57,360 bases of DNA, taken from NCBI GenBank assembly GCA_963776275.1, contig CAVZMI010000011.1, positions 1-57,360 of the forward strand, given 5' to 3'. The DNA comes from Ignavibacteriota bacterium. GTDB taxonomy: Bacteria; Bacteroidota; Ignavibacteria; UBA10030; CAVZMI01. The notes under the pieces were generated by a model that made no database searches, was not told where the DNA came from, and saw nothing but the letters and a program-made list of their open reading frames with translations. Below, one piece after another: positions 50,645 through 57,360 of the stretch. Made by a program: the position numbers and the translations under genes. Positions within the stretch are counted from its first letter, which is position 1, and each line of letters begins with the position of its first letter.

Positions 50645-52759
50645 ATGATTTTATCCATACATCGCCTTCAGTTTTGCAGTGTTTTCTTCGTGCTCCTCCT
50701 GGGAGTATACTGCAGGGCGCAGACCGAAAATGAGAAACGCTATGAGGTTGACAATATCAGCATCGAGGGAAATTCCTCAATCTCGAGCGGTACCCTTCTT
50801 AATCTCCTGAAAACACGCGAGTCGCCTTCGGGTCTTTCAACCTGGATATATCAGAATATCAGTCAGACTCTCGGATCAAAACCGGAATACTATAATGCCG
50901 TAACGTTTGAGAACGATTACCGCCAGATAAAAGATTTTTATATGGCTCATGGTTTTCTCGATGTCGTAATCGATACAACTATCCGAATTGAAAATGAAAG
51001 TGTCGTTCTTTCATTCCTGATTCAAGAAAATACACAATATCGAATCGATTCTGTGGTTTTTACAGGGTGCGACAGGATTGACTCGTCGCTTTTTGTTGCT
51101 CTTCATGCGGGAAGTCGCTTGACACCGGGAATGTTCTATGATCGCTTTCAGATCGAAGCCGAAAAAAACCGTGTGTTGACTTTGTTGTGGAATAACGGAT
51201 ATCCTAACACAACGTACATGCAGGATCCGTATTCGCAATATCTGGTCAGTCGTAAGACGCGGAGCGGGACATTGAAACTCGCGTTCTATGTAGGAAGGCA
51301 TTATACTTTTGGAAAGGTCGATATTGTGAACGAAGGGATCGGTGAAGTCGAATCACCCATTGTTATACGACAACTCGATTTTTCACCGGGTGAAAATTAT
51401 AGCGTCGAGAAGCGCGAATCTAGCATCCAGAATCTCAACAAGCTTGGAATATTTGAATCGGTTCGAATTCTCACGCCGTTTCCTCCCGTCGTAGATACGA
51501 CAACGACGACCCTGGTTCCGGTGTCCATTATGCTCTCTGCACGGAAACGGCATGAATTGATGCCGGAAATCTTTGTTAATGATGGAAACGAAGCATTTAA
51601 CCTCGGCATCGGCTTAGGGTATAGTGACCGGAATTTTTTAGGTGATGCTAGGAATTTAACTGCACGTGTTCGATTACGATTTCAATCTCTTCAGGATTTG
51701 CAATTGCGTCAGGTATTCGGAAAGAATGGATTTCGAGATTCTTCGCTCATCGCCAACGCTGATCTGACAGTTCAGCTTACTCAACCATATTTTTTCTCGA
51801 ACCGATTGAGCTCTGTTCTGGCTGTATCGCTGATTGCTGATAAACAGCGGCCCTATCTTCAAACGATTCTTCGGACCCGCATAGGTCTTCAAAATCAGTT
51901 TGCGGCATTCACCTACGGGACGGTGGATTGGTACCTCGAACGCTCACAGGTTACGGCATACGACAGCGTCAACGCCCGTGCACTTCTGCAAAGTCGAAAA
52001 GACAGTACTCTCAATCAATCAAACTCGATTCTTTCTCTGACACTCTATCGCGATAAAACGAATAATTTTTTTTCCCCTTCCTCGGGATTCTTCCATTCAT
52101 TGACAATTGAAGAAGCAGGCGTTATATCTCTGTTGATTCGGAAACTTCAACCCTCAATCGGATTCTCACAATACATTAAAGTGAATGCATTGGGTCGATG
52201 GTATTATTCGTTGGTGCCTGACACGAGTTCAATCCTCGCCTTCAGGCTTCACGCCGGCTTTACCGAACGATATGGAGAGACGCGTTCACGAACTGAGCCT
52301 GGTTATGATGTCCCGTTAAACCGCCGATTTTTTGCTGGTGGAAGCGGGAGCGTCCGCGGATGGCAGTATCGCGATCTCGGGATGATGGGGGATCCAAGCT
52401 ATGGCGGCAATGTAATCTTTGAAGGGAATATCGAGTGGCGCTGGAATACCTTCCGCCCGCTGGGGAAGGTCTGGGTGATCGATTTCCCAGCTATGTGGTT
52501 GGTATTTTTCGTCGACGCGGGGAATGTTTGGGGAAGAATCGAGGATTTAAGAATACAGCACATCCCCGAGCAGATTGCTCTTGCTGCCGGAATCGGGTAT
52601 AGGTATGAGTTGTTTTTCGGAGCATTCCGGATCGATTTCGGATTTAAGCTGTACGATCCTAAAGGTGATCCGGGTCGTAAATGGTTCACCCAGCACAGGT
52701 TCTGGAAGGACGTGTTCGCTCCCGGTGTTTTCCATTTTGGAATTGGTCATGCCTTCTGA
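50645..52759 (+). CDS. BamA/TamA (Omp85) family outer-membrane protein
   Basis: POTRA-like repeats (GN, Y..HGF, NNGY), RNFLG, RFFAGGSGSVRGW, FVDAGNVW, R.DFG, C-terminal GIGHAF. Confidence 0.9.
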   Translation: MILSIHRLQFCSVFFVLLLGVYCRAQTENEKRYEVDNISIEGNSSISSGTLLNLLKTRESPSGLSTWIYQNISQTLGSKPEYYNAVTFENDYRQIKDFYMAHGFLDVVIDTTIRIENESVVLSFLIQENTQYRIDSVVFTGCDRIDSSLFVALHAGSRLTPGMFYDRFQIEAEKNRVLTLLWNNGYPNTTYMQDPYSQYLVSRKTRSGTLKLAFYVGRHYTFGKVDIVNEGIGEVESPIVIRQLDFSPGENYSVEKRESSIQNLNKLGIFESVRILTPFPPVVDTTTTTLVPVSIMLSARKRHELMPEIFVNDGNEAFNLGIGLGYSDRNFLGDARNLTARVRLRFQSLQDLQLRQVFGKNGFRDSSLIANADLTVQLTQPYFFSNRLSSVLAVSLIADKQRPYLQTILRTRIGLQNQFAAFTYGTVDWYLERSQVTAYDSVNARALLQSRKDSTLNQSNSILSLTLYRDKTNNFFSPSSGFFHSLTIEEAGVISLLIRKLQPSIGFSQYIKVNALGRWYYSLVPDTSSILAFRLHAGFTERYGETRSRTEPGYDVPLNRRFFAGGSGSVRGWQYRDLGMMGDPSYGGNVIFEGNIEWRWNTFRPLGKVWVIDFPAMWLVFFVDAGNVWGRIEDLRIQHIPEQIALAAGIGYRYELFFGAFRIDFGFKLYDPKGDPGRKWFTQHRFWKDVFAPGVFHFGIGHAF

Positions 52760-53876
52760 TTCTCTCTGGCCGGCTGTGATCGGCCAACATCGTGTGAAAG
52801 AACTATTGCGCCGGTCATTCGAGGCTCATCGGATTCCCCATGCATATCTTTTTATCGGTCCTGATGGGGTGGGAAAAGATGTAATGGCCATCGAATTGGC
52901 ACGAACCATCAATTGTGAACATCTCGATCGTGCGCCTTGTGGAACATGCGGGAGCTGCATCAAGATGGCTAGTCTCCAGCACCCGAATCTAAGCCTTGTG
53001 TTTGCACTGCCGACGGGGAAGTCGGGGAGCGAGACGCCGCTCGGCGGATTATCTGCCGCCGAAATCGAGACAATTCAAAAACAGCTCCGGTTGAAAGCCG
53101 AGAATCTGTATTACGATATCCAGATTCCGAAGGCGAACGAAATTCGTGTCGCAAGCATCCGGGAACTTCGCACGAACGTGGCGTATAGTCCGTTCGCTTC
53201 AGGAATGAAATGCGTAATAATCATCGACGCTGAACGGATGAACGAAGAAGCATCGAATGCATTATTGAAGACGCTTGAAGAGCCGACCCCGCGAACGGTC
53301 ATTATACTGACGTCGGCACATCCCGAAAAACTCCTTCCGACAATTCTCTCACGGTGTCAGCTGGTCCGATTTGATCCATTGACGGAATCGGATATTGCTG
53401 CGGCACTCGTTGAGCGCGAGGGGGTTGATCTGGCACAGTCGCGCATAGTGGCACGGCTTGCACACGGAAGCTATTCCCAGGCGGTTGATCTCCTCGGGAC
53501 GGATGTCCAGCGGCGCCGTACACAGGCGGTTAATTTTATACGCACTGCATTCATAAACTCGCCCACAGCTATGACCGCATTTATAGATGAAGTTCTCGCC
53601 GGTTCAGATCGGCCGGGAGCGGAAGAATGGCTCAGCATTCTTCAGCTCTGGCTCCGGGATGCAATGCTCCTGCGTGAAGTGGGGGAAGAAGCGATTCTCA
53701 ATGTTGATCAACGCGAAGACCTCTTGAGCTTTTCATCGCGTTTTCCCCACGCCGACATCACTATGGCAATCGGGTTGGTCGATCGGTCAATTGCACTTGT
53801 TCGCAAAAATGTCTATCTTCCTCTTATATTTGTCTGCTTGGCAATAGCATTACGGAGCATGCTGCTGAGAAAATAG
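52749..53876 (+). CDS. holB: DNA polymerase III subunit delta'
   Basis: HAYLF.GP.GVGK, C...PCG.C.SC, HP, A.NALLKTLEEP, LLPTI.SRC. Confidence 0.93.
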   Translation: MPSDSLWPAVIGQHRVKELLRRSFEAHRIPHAYLFIGPDGVGKDVMAIELARTINCEHLDRAPCGTCGSCIKMASLQHPNLSLVFALPTGKSGSETPLGGLSAAEIETIQKQLRLKAENLYYDIQIPKANEIRVASIRELRTNVAYSPFASGMKCVIIIDAERMNEEASNALLKTLEEPTPRTVIILTSAHPEKLLPTILSRCQLVRFDPLTESDIAAALVEREGVDLAQSRIVARLAHGSYSQAVDLLGTDVQRRRTQAVNFIRTAFINSPTAMTAFIDEVLAGSDRPGAEEWLSILQLWLRDAMLLREVGEEAILNVDQREDLLSFSSRFPHADITMAIGLVDRSIALVRKNVYLPLIFVCLAIALRSMLLRK

Positions 53877-53886
53877 GAGAAATCGG

Positions 53887-54900
53887 ATGTCGGATGCGAT
53901 TCATACCGATCGTGATACAGGACCGGAATACGATTTTCTGTGGGAAGAAAACCCGGAAGCAGTTCGTTGGCTCGAAGAAGAAGAGGAAACAATCGAGCCT
54001 GTCCAGCCATCAGAACAAGTTCCTCCCGAAGCGATTGACGAATCTGTTCTCAAACGAAATATAGTCGAGGTGGAATTTAAAGGAATCCGCCGACTCTTTT
54101 ATGAGAATGTCGACAATATCCCGCTGGAAAAAGGAGACTCTGTAATTGTGGAAGCGGAAAAAGGGGTTGATCTCGGACTGATTCATCAGCTTGGTGAAAT
54201 GGTTCATATCAAACGTCGTGCTAGAGGCGTACTTCTACAGCAGGAACGAAAGATTGTTCGCAAAGCCCTGCCGGAAGATCTGGATCAACAACGAAATAAT
54301 CGGGAAAAAGAGAAGGATGCATCACGAATCTGTCGGGAAAAAATTGTGAAGCATAAACTGCCGATGAAATTCGTCGACTCTGAATATCAACTGGATCGGA
54401 ACAGGATAACTTTTTATTTCACAGCCGATCGGCGTGTGGATTTTCGCGAGCTTGTTAAAGATCTTGCCGGCGTTTTTCGAACACGAATCGAGCTGCGGCA
54501 GATCGGCGTGCGCGATGAGGCCAAACGGATCGGCGGAATCGGAAGCTGCGGTCTTGAGCTTTGCTGTATGGCGTGGTTGACAGAGTTTCATCGAATCGGT
54601 ACCCAGCATGCCCGCGTCCAGAATCTTCCGCTCAATCCTATAAAGCTTTCAGGGCAATGCGGCAGACTGAAATGTTGCCTGGTGTTTGAAGTCGAAAATT
54701 ATATCGAATCTCTGAAACGGTTTCCTCTTCTCGATTCGTTTATCGTGACAGAGAAAGGGGAAGGCCGGGTGGAAAAAGTGGATATCTTTCGCGATCTCGT
54801 CTATCTCCATTATGAGAAGGACGATACGTGGGATTGCCTACCCCTTCCCGCTGTGCAGGAAATAATCAATTCACACGGCACACAGGATTCAAAAGGATAA
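53887..54900 (+). CDS. PSP1-domain protein (RicT/YaaT-like Fe-S protein)
   Basis: [55 protein letters not shown]. Confidence 0.9.
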   Translation: MSDAIHTDRDTGPEYDFLWEENPEAVRWLEEEEETIEPVQPSEQVPPEAIDESVLKRNIVEVEFKGIRRLFYENVDNIPLEKGDSVIVEAEKGVDLGLIHQLGEMVHIKRRARGVLLQQERKIVRKALPEDLDQQRNNREKEKDASRICREKIVKHKLPMKFVDSEYQLDRNRITFYFTADRRVDFRELVKDLAGVFRTRIELRQIGVRDEAKRIGGIGSCGLELCCMAWLTEFHRIGTQHARVQNLPLNPIKLSGQCGRLKCCLVFEVENYIESLKRFPLLDSFIVTEKGEGRVEKVDIFRDLVYLHYEKDDTWDCLPLPAVQEIINSHGTQDSKG

Positions 54901-54905
54901 TAGCA

Positions 54906-56978
54906 TTGAGCCATATCTCTTCACAACGTATTCTAATTACGGCCGCATTACCATATGCAAACGGCCCGATTCATCTCGGACATCTTGCCGGTGCATATTT
55001 GCCCGCCGATATCTATGCGCGTTATCAACGCCTTCAGGGACGTGAGACTCTGTTCATCTGCGGTTCCGATGAGCATGGTGTTCCTATTACGATCACTGCC
55101 GAGAAAGAAGGCACTACGCCGCAGAAGATCGTCGATTACTACCATACAATCAATGCGAAATCCTTCGAACAGTTTGAAATGAGCTTTGATAACTATTCAC
55201 GGAACGTCGCTTCCGCTTCATCATGAGACTGCTCTCGAATTCTTTCTGGATTTTCAGAAGAGGGGAATTCTAAAAGAGAAAGCCGAACGGCAGTTCTACG
55301 ATGAAAAAGCGCAGATGTTTTTGCCCGACCGTTATGTCGAAGGAACATGCCCGGTCTGTTCTAATCCGGAAGCCCGCGGTGACCAGTGCGAAAAATGCGG
55401 TTCGTATCTGAGTCCGTCGGAATTAATTTCTCCAAAGAGTAAAATAACAGGTGAGACTCCCGTCGTGAAAGAAACTACACACTGGTATTTTCCACTCGGA
55501 CAATACCAATCACGGTTGGAATCGTATGTTAAGGAACGCAACGCCCGTGATGGCTGGCGGGAGACGGTCCTCAAATATTGTGAAAGCTGGTTTCATGATG
55601 GATTGCAGGATCGTGCCGTTACGCGTGATCTCAATTGGGGTGTCCGTATTCCATTGAAGGGATACGAGAATAAGGTACTGTATGTCTGGTTTGATGCGGT
55701 GCTCGGCTATATTTCCTCGACAAAAGAGTGGGCGAAGAAAAAAGAATCACCGGAACGATGGAAGGATTTCTGGCAGGATGCCGGGACAAAATATGTCGCG
55801 TTCATCGGGAAGGATAATATTGTATTCCATTGCATTGTGTTTCCGTCGATGCTGATGGCTTGGAACGATGCGCATGAACGGCAGTATGTGCTGCCCGAGA
55901 ATGTACCGGCGAATGAATTTTTAAATTTTGAAGGACAAAAATTTTCGAAAAGCCGTGGATGGGGAATAGATGTCAAGGATTTTCTCGAATTGTTCCCGAA
56001 TGCCGATGCACTCCGATATTCGCTTGCAACAATCTTGCCCGAAACGAAGGATGCCGATTTCTATCTGAAAGATTATCAGGCCAAGAATAATAACGAGCTT
56101 GCCGATATACTCGGCAATTTTGTCAACCGTACTTTGCAATTTGCCGGAAAGAATTTCGGGGGTAGAGTCCCGGAACGGGTCCGCTCAACGAGCGGGATAC
56201 CGCAATGATTAAAACGCTTGCGATGATAACACAGGAGGCTGGGGCGTTATTCGAACAGTATCATTTCCGCGATGGCGTCCAGCGTGTGATGGATATGGCC
56301 CGTCTGGCTAATAAATACTTTAACGACAGTGAACCATGGAAAACATTAAAATCTGAACCTGCGGCATGTGCAACAACGATTAATATCTGTATCCATACCG
56401 TTCGCTCGCTTGCATTATTGTTTGCACCGGTGATTCCCGCCGCCGCCGCTGTACTCTGGCATATCCTGAATTTGCCGGGCACACTCGCTGAAGCAGGATG
56501 GAACGGCGCAAAGGAACTGGCGATACCAGCAGGACACCCATTGGGTACTCCATCAATTCTCTTTACCAAGATCGAGGATAAAATGATTGACGACGTTTTA
56601 AAGAGGTTCCAGGAAGAACCAAAAACAGTAACAGTCACGACAACACCGATAAAACCTACAATTAGCATCGATGACCTTAATAAAGTTGATCTTCGAACAG
56701 CGAAGATTATATCGTGTGAAAAAGTTCCCAAATCGAATAAACTATTGAAATTACGTGTTCAACTAGGCTCGGATCAGAGGCAACTCATCGCGGGGATTGC
56801 TCAATATTATACGGCAGAGCAGCTCGTCGGGAAAACCGTCATCATTGTGGCGAATCTTCAACCCGCGAAACTAATGGGAGAGGAATCGCAGGGAATGGTT
56901 CTGGCTACAGAGAGTAACGGAAAACTTCTTCTACTCGGTGTGGATGGTGAAATAGAAAGTGGAAGCATAGTAAAGTAA
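54906..56978 (+). CDS. metG: Methionine--tRNA ligase with C-terminal tRNA-binding domain; extra base at ~55203 and missing base at ~56179
   Basis: [21 protein letters not shown], zinc knuckle, YVWFDA, KFSKSRG, C-terminal Trbp111-like domain ([17 protein letters not shown]). Confidence 0.95.
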
Positions 56979-56980
56979 AT

Positions 56981-57137
56981 CCTTCGACTCGCCCCGACAA
57001 AAAACGTCGGGACTCGCTCAGCGAAGCAGTACTTTAGTACAGGACAAGAAGTTTATCTCGAGCGAGCACTTCTCGATTTTGGGGAAGTGCGGGTCGAGGG
57101 GGAAAAAGGAAAAAGTTTACCCTGAGCAAGTCGAAGG
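56981..57137. repeat. Nested inverted-repeat element (CCTTCGAC..GCTCAG / CTGAGC..GTCGAAGG type)
   Basis: CCTTCGACT(56981)/AGTCGAAGG(57129), GCTCAG/CTGAGC, inner hairpins CCCGAC/GTCGGG and GCACTTC/GAAGTGC. Confidence 0.7.
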
Positions 57138-57144
57138 GGGAAAA

Positions 57145-57360
57145 TTGGGTTTTCAAAAAGACTCAACAATAAAGAGCATTAAGCCTGTCTCGCGGCTTCG
57201 CGGTGAAGTCCATGTACCGGGTGATAAATCGATTTCACATCGTTCGTTCATGATTGCGGCCCTCGCCGAGGGAAAGTCAATCATTCGGAATGCTTCGAGT
57301 GCAGGCGATCCGATGAGTACTCAGGGATGCATCGAAGCTCTCGGCATCTCGGTACAGCGG
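57145..57360 (+). CDS. aroA: 3-phosphoshikimate 1-carboxyvinyltransferase, N-terminal part (runs off the window)
   Basis: Translates as LRGEVHVPGDKSISHRSFMIAALAEG; not in the ORF track because it has no stop in the window. Confidence 0.92.
   Translation, partial: MGFQKDSTIKSIKPVSRLRGEVHVPGDKSISHRSFMIAALAEGKSIIRNASSAGDPMSTQGCIEALGISVQR

Noticed and set aside
33874-56978. lysS, topA and metG as pseudogenes or programmed frameshifts
   Set aside because: These are essential genes with intact motifs on both sides of single-base shifts and no slippery heptamers; sequencing error is far more likely

Overview
57 kb of bacterial core chromosome. It is most consistent with an Ignavibacteria/Chlorobi-like member of the Bacteroidota-Chlorobiota group (inferred from bshA, DUF2795, DUF6249-ECF, DUF2279, Wzi, E. 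coli-like TTG-N17-TATATT promoters and GGAG ribosome-binding sites). It holds about 45 protein genes, mostly on the + strand and mostly housekeeping (pcrA, recO, aroC, trpS, scpAB, lysS, ybeY, topA, xerC, hpf, hprK, holB, metG, start of aroA). It also carries tyrosine phenol-lyase, a hybrid histidine kinase, an ECF sigma/anti-sigma module and tRNA-Leu(CAA). I see no CRISPR array, prophage or transposase. Six single-base frameshifts split lysS, topA, metG and a very large outer-membrane protein. They are most likely read/assembly errors, and four sit in GGNCC motifs, which hints at DNA methylation. The best leads are: two unannotated structured intergenic RNA candidates that share a heptamer-repeat start and a CCACCTTCATT end (one directly upstream of a translationally coupled PfkB kinase-mtnA pair); an ScpB with a long acidic tail ending in a MinD-like amphipathic helix; mirror-image ECF promoters; an orphan ~1180-aa beta-barrel; and an HNH gene lacking a canonical start codon. 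All of these are hypotheses from reading the sequence; no searches were run.
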